From Thermoproteota archaeon (GTDB lineage Archaea > Korarchaeota > Korarchaeia > Korarchaeales > Korarchaeaceae): DNA of 64,000 bases. Below, in pieces: positions 18,762 through 28,652 of the stretch. Made by a program: the position numbers and the translations under genes. Where the stretch lies: contig JALSOH010000006.1 in assembly GCA_026986575.1 (NCBI GenBank), forward strand, positions 1 to 64,000. Reading direction: 5' to 3'. Position 1 is the stretch's first letter. Each line of letters begins with the position of its first letter. The notes below the pieces were generated by a model. That model searched no databases. It was not told the DNA's origin and worked only from the letters and a program-made list of their open reading frames with translations.

Positions 18762-19514
18762 TTAGGATTCCCGTTCAGAATCCATGCCTAGGAGCCTAGT
18801 CACTTCCTTCTCTATCTCTTCCTCAGGCACTTCCTCTTCCAGCAGCTGATATCTTTCGTATTCCTCCTTCCTGCTCACGAGCTCCCTTCCCTTTAGGAGA
18901 ATAGCCCTCCTCTGAGGGTGCATCTCCACCTCAACCACTGCCCTGGCAACGTTCTCCATAGTGGCCTCCTGAAACACTATGAGTGAGCCGTCCGAAAGTT
19001 CGAATACCACTCTCATGTGCTTGTGACCCTTGGGAACCGCCATGAGGACCCTCGCCACATCCCTGTTCCTGATCACCATGAAGAAGCCGCGGGTCAGTTC
19101 TTCGATCAGCTCCTTAGTTGACGACGTGAGGGGCAGATCCCTTGCCCTCTCCAAGGGAATCCACCTCACCTCCTTCGCATCATCTCCGGGCCTCAGAACC
19201 CCACCTGTCACCCTGCAGAGGTAGTCCACCAAGACGTAATGGTACTTGATGCGTCCCTCCCCGTCCCTCTCCACCACTTCGGCCACATGGATGGGGTGCA
19301 TCGCCTCCACCTCTAGACCGGTTTCCTCCCAGATCTCCCTCCTCACTGCCTCCTCCAACGTCTCGCTCGGTTCCACCAACCCCCCCGGCACGGACCACAG
19401 ACCCTTTCCTGGCTCGTTCTTCCTCTTAGCTAGGAGTATCTTGCCGTTCCTCAGCAGAACCCCTCCAACCCCGACTAAGGGGACCTCGGGATACTCACGC
19501 CTCGTATCTCTCAC
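18762..19514 (-). CDS. Nudix hydrolase fused to a C-terminal domain of unknown function
   Basis: Nudix box GGLVEPSETLEEAVRREIWEETG; second domain from MVIRNRD with P.GHKH and FQEAT motifs. Confidence 0.85.
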   Translation of the reverse strand: MRDTRREYPEVPLVGVGGVLLRNGKILLAKRKNEPGKGLWSVPGGLVEPSETLEEAVRREIWEETGLEVEAMHPIHVAEVVERDGEGRIKYHYVLVDYLCRVTGGVLRPGDDAKEVRWIPLERARDLPLTSSTKELIEELTRGFFMVIRNRDVARVLMAVPKGHKHMRVVFELSDGSLIVFQEATMENVARAVVEVEMHPQRRAILLKGRELVSRKEEYERYQLLEEEVPEEEIEKEVTRLLGMDSERES

Positions 19515-20361
19515 CCAGCGGGGATGTGTACATGGCTAGGACTTTGAGGGAAGCTCCTATCGCGGTGGCGAACTGCGGATCCCTAGGCACTACGGCGCTC
19601 CCGCCGAAGAGGTTGAAAGGCTTCATAGCCGCCTTCATCAGCAGCTCGTGAGTCATCAATCCACCCACTAGGACGACGCTCTCCTCTAAGCCCACGGACT
19701 TGGCGGCGAAGAGCCCCACGGTCCCTATCACTTGGCCCACCATGTTAACTAGGCCAGCAGCTATGTCCTCAGGTCTCACATCGTCGCCAACCTTGCCGAA
19801 GTTGGATGCAGTCACATCCGGATCCAGCCTGCCCACCGGTCCCCCAACTATATCGCCGACAGTCAGGTCCACATTCTTGGGATTCCCCCTGCGGGCCATC
19901 TCCATGAGAGAGGTTATGGAGGTCCTCCTGAGGAGGAGCCTGCCGAGGCCCAGCAGGGTTCCGGCGCCCACGGCAGTCCCTCCGAGATGCCTCACCTCGC
20001 ACCTTCCCCGGTCTATCCTGACCTCCACCACCGCTGTTCCGGTGCCGGCGCTCACGACGACGCACTCCTTCATGCCAGCCAGATAAGCGCCTCCCCTGCC
20101 GACCGCCTCTATCTCGTCCACCTCCCTCACCGGTAGCCCCAGTATCCTATCGGGCAGTGGCTTGGTCCTCCCTCCGCTCAGGGCCACGGCCTCGACATCG
20201 TCGAGCTGTATCCCCTTGTCCGCTAGGAGCTTTCCTATGGCGCCCGCTGCAGCCGCGAGGGGATCGGACGCGATTACGACTGTTTTCGCCAATATGCCGG
20301 ACTCTGAGGCGAGCACGCCCTTAGTGGTCGTACCTCCCATGTCGAGCCCTATTATTAGCAA
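19495..20361 (-). CDS. Type II (fumble-like) pantothenate kinase
   Basis: DMGGTTTK, E..A...G, SAGTG, GGTAVGAGT..GL, VDLTVGDI.G, ASNFGK. Confidence 0.88.
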   Translation of the reverse strand: MLIIGLDMGGTTTKGVLASESGILAKTVVIASDPLAAAAGAIGKLLADKGIQLDDVEAVALSGGRTKPLPDRILGLPVREVDEIEAVGRGGAYLAGMKECVVVSAGTGTAVVEVRIDRGRCEVRHLGGTAVGAGTLLGLGRLLLRRTSITSLMEMARRGNPKNVDLTVGDIVGGPVGRLDPDVTASNFGKVGDDVRPEDIAAGLVNMVGQVIGTVGLFAAKSVGLEESVVLVGGLMTHELLMKAAMKPFNLFGGSAVVPRDPQFATAIGASLKVLAMYTSPLGERYEA

Positions 20362-20365
20362 GGAA

Positions 20366-20902
20366 TCACCCCTTGGTAGACTTCCTCACGGCTGAAACCA
20401 CTGGAGGCACCACTAATATGGCGAAGGGTAGCTCCCAAGCGAAGGTCACGAAAGCTATGGATAGGGCCGCGGTGAGCGATAGAGGAGTCACTTTCTCACT
20501 GAAGGGCAGAGGGAACGCCTGACTCCAGGCTAGAAGCCCGAACCCTATTATCAGATGGCCCACTATCAGGCCAAGGACTGAGGAAGGCACATACCTCTTC
20601 ACCGAGTATTTGTCACGACCGGCCAGCTCCCCGATTATGTAGAAGCCCAAGAAGTTGGAGGGAACCCCCACGGTGATGCTCAGTAGAGCGTTGCCGTGGG
20701 TCACCATATCGGAGATGAATATCCCGATAGCAGCTGACAGGCCGCCCACAAGGCCCCCGTAGAGGCACGCGAACGTGGCCGGGACCACCACAGCTGGCCA
20801 GAACCTGACTCCGTAGAAGTTGACCCCCAACCAGCTCAGGTAACCTACCACGGCATAGAGGGCCCCTCCCATGGCGGACAGAGTGAGATCCCTCACCCTC
20901 AT
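20366..20902 (-). CDS. ECF transporter substrate-specific (S) component
   Basis: About 180 aa, 5-6 TM segments, A...ALY helix 1, G...G...AAIGIFISD pattern. Confidence 0.82.
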   Translation of the reverse strand: MRVRDLTLSAMGGALYAVVGYLSWLGVNFYGVRFWPAVVVPATFACLYGGLVGGLSAAIGIFISDMVTHGNALLSITVGVPSNFLGFYIIGELAGRDKYSVKRYVPSSVLGLIVGHLIIGFGLLAWSQAFPLPFSEKVTPLSLTAALSIAFVTFAWELPFAILVVPPVVSAVRKSTKG

Positions 20903-20939
20903 TTCCGATCACGGTATTACACTATCGTAAAATAAAAAC

Positions 20940-21572
20940 TCAGTCGAGGATCTTGAGCGATGGGATCACCTCCTCGCCCCTCACCTCAATAATCGCATAC
21001 CTGCCGCGCATCATCGGTCCAGCATTGACGAGAACTGTTCTGCCTATCCTATCTACGCCGGGAGATTCGTGTATGTGACCGCACACGCACAGGAGGGGCT
21101 GCTCCCTCTCTATGTACTCCCTCAGCGCCTTGGACCCGACGTGGGCTCCTGAGCCTATCACGTCCAGCTTTGTGCCATGGGGGGGCGTGTGGGACACGAG
21201 CACATCTACCCTCCCCAGTCTGGAGAGGACCTCTCCCATCTCATCCTCGTCCAGCTCTATTGGGGTGCCGAAGGGGGATATGTTGCCCCCTCCCAGACCT
21301 CCGAACCTCTTTTCTATGGTCCTCACCCTCCCGTGAAGGTTAGGGCATCCCTCCACATCCTCCACCTCGAGCAGAGGCGGCGGATCCATGTTACCGGGCA
21401 CGAATACCACTGGGCCGAACCCCTTAGCACCCCTCAATATCCTCCTGACGTCCGCAAGGGAGCCGTTGGACAGGTCCCCAGCAAGCACTATGAGGTCATA
21501 GGATTCCCTACCCAGCGCGGACTTTAACTTCCCCGCGGAGCCGTGTATGTCCGAGGCGAGGAACAACCTCAT
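20940..21572 (-). CDS. Calcineurin-like metallophosphoesterase
   Basis: SDIHG, AGD, PGNMD, SHTPP, CGHIHE. Confidence 0.92.
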   Translation of the reverse strand: MRLFLASDIHGSAGKLKSALGRESYDLIVLAGDLSNGSLADVRRILRGAKGFGPVVFVPGNMDPPPLLEVEDVEGCPNLHGRVRTIEKRFGGLGGGNISPFGTPIELDEDEMGEVLSRLGRVDVLVSHTPPHGTKLDVIGSGAHVGSKALREYIEREQPLLCVCGHIHESPGVDRIGRTVLVNAGPMMRGRYAIIEVRGEEVIPSLKILD

Positions 21573-21614
21573 GCGGATTCGGCCAAAGTGAGGATATAAG
21601 GCTGAGGGGATGTC

Positions 21615-22625
21615 ATGCGCGCCGTGCTCAGGATCACTAGGGAGACGGGGATACCCCTCATGGGCTCGGTGGCCTTCGGCCTAATAGACAGGGGGACCAA
21701 CCTGATACAGGTGAGGCCCATCTCCACCTGCGCCTTCTCCTGCATCTTCTGCTCCACCGACGCCGGACCCAAATCGAGAACGAGGCAGACGGAGTATGTG
21801 GTGGAGCTGGATTACCTCATGGAATGGTTCGTGGCCGTGGTTGAGGAGAAGGGGGTGAATGATGTGGAGGCGCACATAGACACGGTGGGCGACCCCTTTA
21901 CCTATCCCCAGATCGTCGAGCTGGTGGAGAGGCTGAGGGAGGTACCGGAGGTCAAAGTGATATCGTCTCAGACCCACGGACCCCTCTTAACGGAGGAGCT
22001 GATCTCAAGGCTTGAGAGGGCTGGAATGGACAGGATAAACCTCAGCATAGATTCGCTAAATGAGGAGAAGGCCCGCTATCTCTCGGGATCCCCTTGGCTT
22101 AAGCTTGAGAGAATCCTGAGGGCCGCTAAGCTGATAGCGGAGAGCTCGATAGATCTGCTGATAGCCCCGGTGTGGGTCCCCGGGGTAAATGACGAGGACA
22201 TGCCCCAGCTCATAGAGTTCGCCCTCAAAATAGGGGCCGGAAAGAGATGGCCTCCCATCGGTATACAGAAGTACGAGGCCTACAGGGGAGGAAGAAGACC
22301 TAGGGGTGTGAGGCCCATGAGCTGGTCGAGGTTCTACTCCCGATTGAGGGAGTGGGAAGACGAGTACGGAGTCAAGCTCGTGCTTAGACCTGAAGACTTC
22401 GGGATAAGGAAGGTAAGGCCTATTAGGAGGCCTATGAGGAAGGGGGAGGTGGTCACGGTTAAGTTGGTGGGCCTTGGCTGGAGAAGGGGTGAAATCTTAG
22501 GCTCAGCTAGAGGGAGGGTGGTGACAGTACTAGATGCTCCCTTCCTTCCTGAGGGATCCGAGCTGAGGGTGAGGGTGATAAGAGACAGGGACAACATATA
22601 CTACGCTAGGTTCATGGCCTCCTGA
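21615..22625 (+). CDS. Radical SAM protein with C-terminal TRAM-like domain (COG2100-type)
   Basis: IPLMG..AFGLIDRGTN..QVRP, CAFSCIFC, EAHID. Confidence 0.88.
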   Translation: MRAVLRITRETGIPLMGSVAFGLIDRGTNLIQVRPISTCAFSCIFCSTDAGPKSRTRQTEYVVELDYLMEWFVAVVEEKGVNDVEAHIDTVGDPFTYPQIVELVERLREVPEVKVISSQTHGPLLTEELISRLERAGMDRINLSIDSLNEEKARYLSGSPWLKLERILRAAKLIAESSIDLLIAPVWVPGVNDEDMPQLIEFALKIGAGKRWPPIGIQKYEAYRGGRRPRGVRPMSWSRFYSRLREWEDEYGVKLVLRPEDFGIRKVRPIRRPMRKGEVVTVKLVGLGWRRGEILGSARGRVVTVLDAPFLPEGSELRVRVIRDRDNIYYARFMAS

Positions 22626-22687
22626 CCTGTGGACAGCGCTGATCAGTCATGCTTATGATAGTGGCCAGTGGTCCAGCCGGGGATTAG

Positions 22688-24181
22688 ATGGAAATTTCCC
22701 TCTCTCGGGGAGAGATAGAGCTGCTTGAGGAACTCTACTCTAGAGGTGGTAGGGCTAGGCTGGACGACCTCAAACTGGCCAAGAGCAAGGCCGCAGCTTG
22801 GGCTAACCTGCTGAAGGATAAGGGTCTGCTTACCATAAGGGAGAGAAGGAAGAGGTACCTGACCCTATCAGACAGGGGGAGGAAGCACCTAGAGGAAGGA
22901 TTGCCTGAAGAGAAGCTAATCAGACTTCTGAGGGAGAGGGGTGGAAAGGCTAGCTTGGAGGAACTCCGCTCCTACCTAGCAGGAGAAGAATTCAACGTGG
23001 CTCTGGGCGAGGGACAGAAGAAGGGCCTGATCAGGCTGGAGAAGTCTGAGAAGGGGACGTTCGCTCTGTTGGTGGGGAGGGAAGTTCCAGAGAGATCCAT
23101 CTTGGAGAGGATCTCCTCCACACCCTTGGAGGAGTCGGAGGTGAACCATACCGTACTGAAGAGCCTCAGGAAGAGGGGCTTGGTCGAGGTGGTGGAGAGG
23201 ACCGAGGTGGAACTGGAGCTCACCGATTTGGGCAGGCAGGCCGCGGAGGGCAGGATAAAGGTGGTGGAGGAGGTGGGGAAGCTCACAAGGGACCTCATAC
23301 TTACCGGAGAATGGAGGAAGAGGAGGCTGAAGGCCTACGACGTGAAAGCATCCCCTCCCGTGACCTATCCGGGCAAGCCCCATCCCTACGTCCACTTCCT
23401 CGAGGAGGTGAGGGAGATCCTCATAGGGATGGGATTCGTGGAGGTGAAGAGCCCCATAGTGGAGGCCGAGTTCTGGAACTTCGACGTACTCTTCCAGGCC
23501 CAGGATCACCCCGCTAGGGAGGTCCACGACTCCTACCAGGTGGCCTTCCCCTCCGAAGGCGCCGATCTCTCTCAGTACTCATCCTTGGTTGAGAGGGTGG
23601 GGATGACCCATGAGCATGGCTGGGAAACTGGATCCAAGGGATGGGGCTACAAGTGGAGCTTCGACATAGCGAGGAGGCTCATCCTCAGATCTCAGACCAC
23701 CGCAGCCTCTGCTCGCACTTTAGCATCGGGATTGGAGGTGCCTAGCAAGATATTCGCCATAGACAAGGTGTTCAGACCGGAAACTCCGGACAGGACCCAC
23801 GCAATAGAGTTCCACCAGTGCGAAGGAGTTGTCTTGGCTGAAGACATGAATGTGAGGCACCTCATGGGCTTCCTAGCCGAGTTCGCTAGGCAGCTGGGGT
23901 TCAGGGAGGTTAAGTTCAAGCCCGCCTACTTCCCCTTCACCGAGCCGAGCGTTGAAGCGTACGTCAAGCACGAAACACTGGGATGGATAGAGATAGCTGG
24001 CTCAGGCCTGTTCAGGCCGGAGATGCTAATACCAATGGGATACGACTACCCTAGAGTGCAGGCCCTAGCATGGGGAATCGGGATAGGTAGGCTGGCTATG
24101 ATAAGGCTGGGTCTAGATGACATCAGGGAGCTGCACTCCCAGAACTTGGAGTACCTGAGGAGGGCCAAGCTGGTGTGGTGA
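22688..24181 (+). CDS. pheS: Phenylalanine--tRNA ligase alpha subunit
   Basis: FWNFD.LF..QDHPARE.HD, LRSQTT, EFHQ, YFPFTEPS, WGIGIGR. Confidence 0.98.
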   Translation: MEISLSRGEIELLEELYSRGGRARLDDLKLAKSKAAAWANLLKDKGLLTIRERRKRYLTLSDRGRKHLEEGLPEEKLIRLLRERGGKASLEELRSYLAGEEFNVALGEGQKKGLIRLEKSEKGTFALLVGREVPERSILERISSTPLEESEVNHTVLKSLRKRGLVEVVERTEVELELTDLGRQAAEGRIKVVEEVGKLTRDLILTGEWRKRRLKAYDVKASPPVTYPGKPHPYVHFLEEVREILIGMGFVEVKSPIVEAEFWNFDVLFQAQDHPAREVHDSYQVAFPSEGADLSQYSSLVERVGMTHEHGWETGSKGWGYKWSFDIARRLILRSQTTAASARTLASGLEVPSKIFAIDKVFRPETPDRTHAIEFHQCEGVVLAEDMNVRHLMGFLAEFARQLGFREVKFKPAYFPFTEPSVEAYVKHETLGWIEIAGSGLFRPEMLIPMGYDYPRVQALAWGIGIGRLAMIRLGLDDIRELHSQNLEYLRRAKLVW

Positions 24182-24185
24182 TAAT

Positions 24186-25853
24186 ATGCCCGTGATAACC
24201 GTGAACATGAGGGAGTTCTTCAGGCTCCTCGGTGAGGAGCTGGACGAGGATGAGCTGACGTCCCTCCTGGAGTACACCAAAGTGAACCTCGAAGCCTACG
24301 ATCCAGAGGAGGGGGAGATTGAGTTCGAGGTGACTGCCGACAGGATGGACCTGGTCGCCATGGAGGGTTTAATCCGCCTGATCAAGGGCTTGATGGAGAG
24401 GGAGCTGGGCATCCCCAGGTACCCCATGAGGAGGAAGGCCTTCCAAGTGAGGGTGACTGAGAGCGTCAGGAGGATCAGGCCCTACGTGGTCGCAGCTCTG
24501 GTGAAGGGCGTGGACCTCACCACTGAGGAGTCCCTGATCTCCCTGATAGAGGCCCAGGAGAAGTTACACGACACCCTGGGGAGGAAGAGGAAGAGGGTTT
24601 CCATAGGCCTCCACGACTTCTCTAAGGTGGTCCCCCCCATAACCTACGACGCCAGGCCCGCGGACAAGGTTTCCTTCGTTCCTCTTGGTGAGTACGCGGA
24701 GATGACTGCCCAAGAGGTGCTGGAGCAGACTGAGAAGGGAAGGGAGTACGCTCACCTCATAGAGAACCCTGAGAACTTGGTCCCCCTGATACTGGATTCG
24801 AGGGACGAGGTCCTGAGCCTCCCTCCCATAATAAACTCGGAGCTGACCAGGCTCACCCCAGGAGTGAGAGATCTCTTCATAGATGTCACCGGAACGGATC
24901 TGAGGGCGATCTCCTACACCTTGGAGATAATAGTGTCGGCGATGGGAGAGAGGGGAGGGGAGATCCATACCCTCGAAGTTGTTTATCCGGACATGAAGCT
25001 CGAGACACCGAAACCCGAGCCCAGCGAGATGTTCGTGAGCGAGGACTTCATCAGGAGGATGGTGGGCATCCCCATGAGCTCGGAGGAGATAATCCACCAG
25101 CTCAGGAGGGCCAGGCTCGACGCCTCCTCAGATGGTAGCATCGCTAGGGTGATGATCCCAGGCTTCAGGGCAGACTTCCTCCATCCCGTGGATGTGGCCG
25201 AGGAGGTGGCCATCACCTACGGTCTCAACAACTTGGGATACGAGCTGCCCCTCAACGTTATGACCGTGGGCAAGAGGCATCCTAGGGAGAAGGTCTCAGC
25301 CCTAGTCAGGACGCTCATGATAGGGCTCGGGTACCAGGAGGTCCTGAACTACGTAATGACCAGCAGGACCTCCCTCTTCTCCTCCGTGGGGAGGGAGGAG
25401 AGGCCCGTGGTCGAGGTGGCCAATCCGGTATCGGAGAGCTACAGCGTGCTCAGGGACAGCCTGATTCCCGGGCTACTGCATTTCCTAGCTGCAAATACCC
25501 ACGCCAAGTACCCGCAGAGGGTATTCGAGGTTGGTGATGTTGTAGTTGTCGACTACTCCTACGAGACCAGAGCCAGGGACGAGAGGAGGCTCGCAGCAGC
25601 CTATGCGGACTACTCGGTGGGATTCGAGGATATCTACTCCCATCTGAAGGCCCTTGCCGACAACTCGGGGATCGAGCTAGAGCTAGAGTCCTATGGCGAG
25701 AGGCCTTTCCTGCAGGGGAGGTGCGCTAAGGTGATGCTGAACGGAGTCGAGGCAGGTCTCATAGGTGAAATAGACCCAGAGATCCTCCTGAAGCTGGGTA
25801 TAACCGTTCCAGTTGCCCTATTCGAGATAAGGCTCCCGATCCCCGAAAAATGA
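24186..25853 (+). CDS. pheT: Phenylalanine--tRNA ligase beta subunit
   Basis: R.DL...EG, QEKLH, SIGLHD, SLPPIINS, D..EEVAI.YG, FEVG.V. Confidence 0.98.
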   Translation: MPVITVNMREFFRLLGEELDEDELTSLLEYTKVNLEAYDPEEGEIEFEVTADRMDLVAMEGLIRLIKGLMERELGIPRYPMRRKAFQVRVTESVRRIRPYVVAALVKGVDLTTEESLISLIEAQEKLHDTLGRKRKRVSIGLHDFSKVVPPITYDARPADKVSFVPLGEYAEMTAQEVLEQTEKGREYAHLIENPENLVPLILDSRDEVLSLPPIINSELTRLTPGVRDLFIDVTGTDLRAISYTLEIIVSAMGERGGEIHTLEVVYPDMKLETPKPEPSEMFVSEDFIRRMVGIPMSSEEIIHQLRRARLDASSDGSIARVMIPGFRADFLHPVDVAEEVAITYGLNNLGYELPLNVMTVGKRHPREKVSALVRTLMIGLGYQEVLNYVMTSRTSLFSSVGREERPVVEVANPVSESYSVLRDSLIPGLLHFLAANTHAKYPQRVFEVGDVVVVDYSYETRARDERRLAAAYADYSVGFEDIYSHLKALADNSGIELELESYGERPFLQGRCAKVMLNGVEAGLIGEIDPEILLKLGITVPVALFEIRLPIPEK

Positions 25854-25871
25854 TCGGTGAGGGTGCTGCCC

Positions 25872-27353
25872 TCACCACCACCTCGTTATGACCACCTTCT
25901 TGTCGGTGAAGAAGTCTATCGCGTCCATCTGACCGTGCAGCGTGCCGAAGAATGAGAGCTTCCTCCCTCCGAACGGGAAGTAGCCTAGAGGAGCTGCTAC
26001 TCCTATGTTTATTCCTATGTTGCCGGCGTTGACCCTCATCGCGTACTCCCTAGCGTACTTCCCCGACTCGGTGAATATGCTGGCGGCGTTCCCATACGGA
26101 GCCAAGTTGTTGGAGAGCTCCACCGCCTCATCGAAGTTCTCCGCCCTGATCATGACGGCTACGGGACCGAATATCTCCTCCTGCGTTATAGTCATTCCCT
26201 CTCCGGCATCGACGAAGACCGACGGACCGAGGAAGAATCCATTCGGGTAGTCCTCCGACTTGAAGCCCCTGCCATCGAGGACTAGCCTGGCGCCCTCCTC
26301 CAGTCCCTTCTCTATGTAGTGGAGGACCCTCTCCTTCCCCTTCCTGCTGGCCATGGGGCCCATATCAACGGACTCATCCAGCCCGTAACCTATCTTCAGC
26401 TTCTTAGCCCCCTCGACGAAGGCGTTGACGAACCTCTCGTAGATGTCACCCACTAGTATGATGTTAGCAGCGGCGAGGCACCTCTGACCAGCCATGTTGT
26501 AGACGGAACCCAGCAGGTTGTTCACGGTCCTCTCGAAGTTCGCATCAGGCATCACGACTTCGGGGTTCTTGGCCCCTCCCTGCGCGAGCACCCTCTTACC
26601 AGCCTTCGAAGCCGTCTCGTATATTATCTTCGCGACGGGAGTGGAGCCCACAAAGGTGACTCCAGCCACGTCCTTGTGGGTTATGAGTGCATGGACTGTG
26701 TCCTTGGCCCCGTTGACTAGGTTAACCACTCCAGGCGGGAGGCCCACCTCCTCGTGTATGACCTTCATCACCCAGTACATGGGCGCTGGATCCAGTTCCG
26801 AGGGTTTCAGCACGACCGTATTGCCGGTGGCTATGGCGTAGGGGAGGAACCAGAACGGTATCATCACTGGGAAGTTCATGGGCGTCACTATCGCGAACAC
26901 GCCCAGAGGTTCCCTTATGTACTCCTCATCTATGTTGCTGGTGACCCTAATCATCTTCTCCCCCAAGGTGAGCGTGGGCATCCCTAAAGCAGCATCCACG
27001 TTCTCTAAGGCTCTCCTAAGCTCTCCCCTTGCCTCCCTTATGGTTTTGCCCATGTTCTGGGATATTATCCTGGCTATCTCCTCCTTGTGTCTCTCAATAG
27101 CGAGCTTGAGCTTGACCAAGTACTGTATCCTCTCGGCTACTGGCATCTGGCTCCATTCCTCGAAAGCTCTAGCTGCGGCCTGGACCGCCTGATCGACCCC
27201 CTCTCCAGTCGTGAGAGGGGTCTTGGCTATCACCTCTCCCTTGGCAGGGTTGTAAGAGTCCAAGTACCCGTCAGCCGGCGCCTCCACGAAATTTCCATCC
27301 ACGTAGTTGGGGACGATCCCGTAATCCTTCCTTACCTCCTCGAGAACGACCAT
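25872..27353 (-). CDS. mmsA: CoA-acylating (methyl)malonate-semialdehyde dehydrogenase
   Basis: P.NFP.MIP.W, FVGSTPVA, GGAKN, AGQRC, EEIFGPV, FPFGG.K.SFFG.LH, KKVV..RW. Confidence 0.9.
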   Translation of the reverse strand: MVVLEEVRKDYGIVPNYVDGNFVEAPADGYLDSYNPAKGEVIAKTPLTTGEGVDQAVQAAARAFEEWSQMPVAERIQYLVKLKLAIERHKEEIARIISQNMGKTIREARGELRRALENVDAALGMPTLTLGEKMIRVTSNIDEEYIREPLGVFAIVTPMNFPVMIPFWFLPYAIATGNTVVLKPSELDPAPMYWVMKVIHEEVGLPPGVVNLVNGAKDTVHALITHKDVAGVTFVGSTPVAKIIYETASKAGKRVLAQGGAKNPEVVMPDANFERTVNNLLGSVYNMAGQRCLAAANIILVGDIYERFVNAFVEGAKKLKIGYGLDESVDMGPMASRKGKERVLHYIEKGLEEGARLVLDGRGFKSEDYPNGFFLGPSVFVDAGEGMTITQEEIFGPVAVMIRAENFDEAVELSNNLAPYGNAASIFTESGKYAREYAMRVNAGNIGINIGVAAPLGYFPFGGRKLSFFGTLHGQMDAIDFFTDKKVVITRWW

Positions 27354-28652
27354 TCAGCTCACCTCCTTGAGGCTCTCCTCTAACGCTTCCAGAGCACCAT
27401 CTATGTGCTCGTAAGTAACGGTCAACGGAGGCTGGAGCCTGAGTACGGATCCAACGGCCCCTCCCACTCCGATGAGGTACCCCTTCTCTCTCATGAGCTG
27501 CCTGACCCTCTTGGCCTCGCTCACCGCTGGCTCCTTGCTCTCCCTGTCCCTCACTAGCTCGACCCCTATCATGAGCCCCCTCCCCCTGACGTCGCCGATC
27601 AGCTTGATCTCGCTCATCATATCCCTCAAGGCCTTCATCACGTAATTCCCCTTCTCCTCTGCCTGCTTGGGCAAGTTCTCCTCCTCCATGAACTCTATGT
27701 TGGCCAGAGCGGCCGCTGCCGATACGGGATTGCCTCCAAACGTTGAGAGGTGATCTCCAGGTTCGAAGGAGTCAGCCACCTCGGCTCTGGTCGTGCATGC
27801 CGCTATCGGGAACCCGTCGGCTATGCCCTTAGCCATGGTAACTATGTCAGGCTCTATGTCGAGGTGCTCCACCCCGAACATCTTTCCGGTCCTTCCGAAG
27901 CCCGTCTGTACCTCGTCATCGATGAGGAGTATGTCCCTCTCGTCCAGGATCTCCCTCACTATCTTCGCGTACTCCTTGGGTATCGGGATTATCCCTCCTT
28001 CTCCTTGGAGAGGCTCCATGATCAATGCGGCAACGTTGTTGCTGGTGGTATAGTCGATCACATTATTCAGGTACCTCGCACACTCGAAGTCGCAGTCCGG
28101 ATACTGCTTCCCGAAGGGGCATCTATAGCAGTAGGGGCTGGGGGTGAAGGAGACGGCTGGCATGTAAGGACCCATGTCTAATCTCTTCCTCTTCCACTGA
28201 CCGGTGATGCTGAGCGTCCCGATGGTCCTTCCGTGGAATGAGTGGGTGAGGGCTATCAACTCGTGCTTCTTGGTGAACTTCCTCGCCACCTTCATGGCGC
28301 ACTCTATGGCCTCGGCTCCGCTGTTGGAGAAGAAAGTCTTCTTCATATTCCTTCCGGGAACTATCTCCGCCAGCCTCTTGGCCAGCTTTATGGTGGGTGG
28401 CACATGATACACGTAGGTGCACGCGTGAACGAGTTTCTTTGCCTGTTCTATCGCAGCGTTCACGACCTTCTCGTTCACATGACCAGCGTTCACCACCGCT
28501 ATGCCCGCGAAGAAGTCCACGTACTTCCTCCCATCCATATCTATTACCACATCATTCTCGGCCCGATCGACGACCACGGGCTCCAACCTCTCAACGATAG
28601 ATGTGACGAGGTACTCCTCGGCCATACGAATGAGATCTTCCCTCTCTCCCAT
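27354..28652 (-). CDS. Class III PLP-dependent aminotransferase (GabT/AGXT2-like)
   Basis: SGAEA.E, SFHGRT, DEVQTGFGRTG, MAKGIA, TFGGNP. Confidence 0.93.
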   Translation of the reverse strand: MGEREDLIRMAEEYLVTSIVERLEPVVVDRAENDVVIDMDGRKYVDFFAGIAVVNAGHVNEKVVNAAIEQAKKLVHACTYVYHVPPTIKLAKRLAEIVPGRNMKKTFFSNSGAEAIECAMKVARKFTKKHELIALTHSFHGRTIGTLSITGQWKRKRLDMGPYMPAVSFTPSPYCYRCPFGKQYPDCDFECARYLNNVIDYTTSNNVAALIMEPLQGEGGIIPIPKEYAKIVREILDERDILLIDDEVQTGFGRTGKMFGVEHLDIEPDIVTMAKGIADGFPIAACTTRAEVADSFEPGDHLSTFGGNPVSAAAALANIEFMEEENLPKQAEEKGNYVMKALRDMMSEIKLIGDVRGRGLMIGVELVRDRESKEPAVSEAKRVRQLMREKGYLIGVGGAVGSVLRLQPPLTVTYEHIDGALEALEESLKEVS

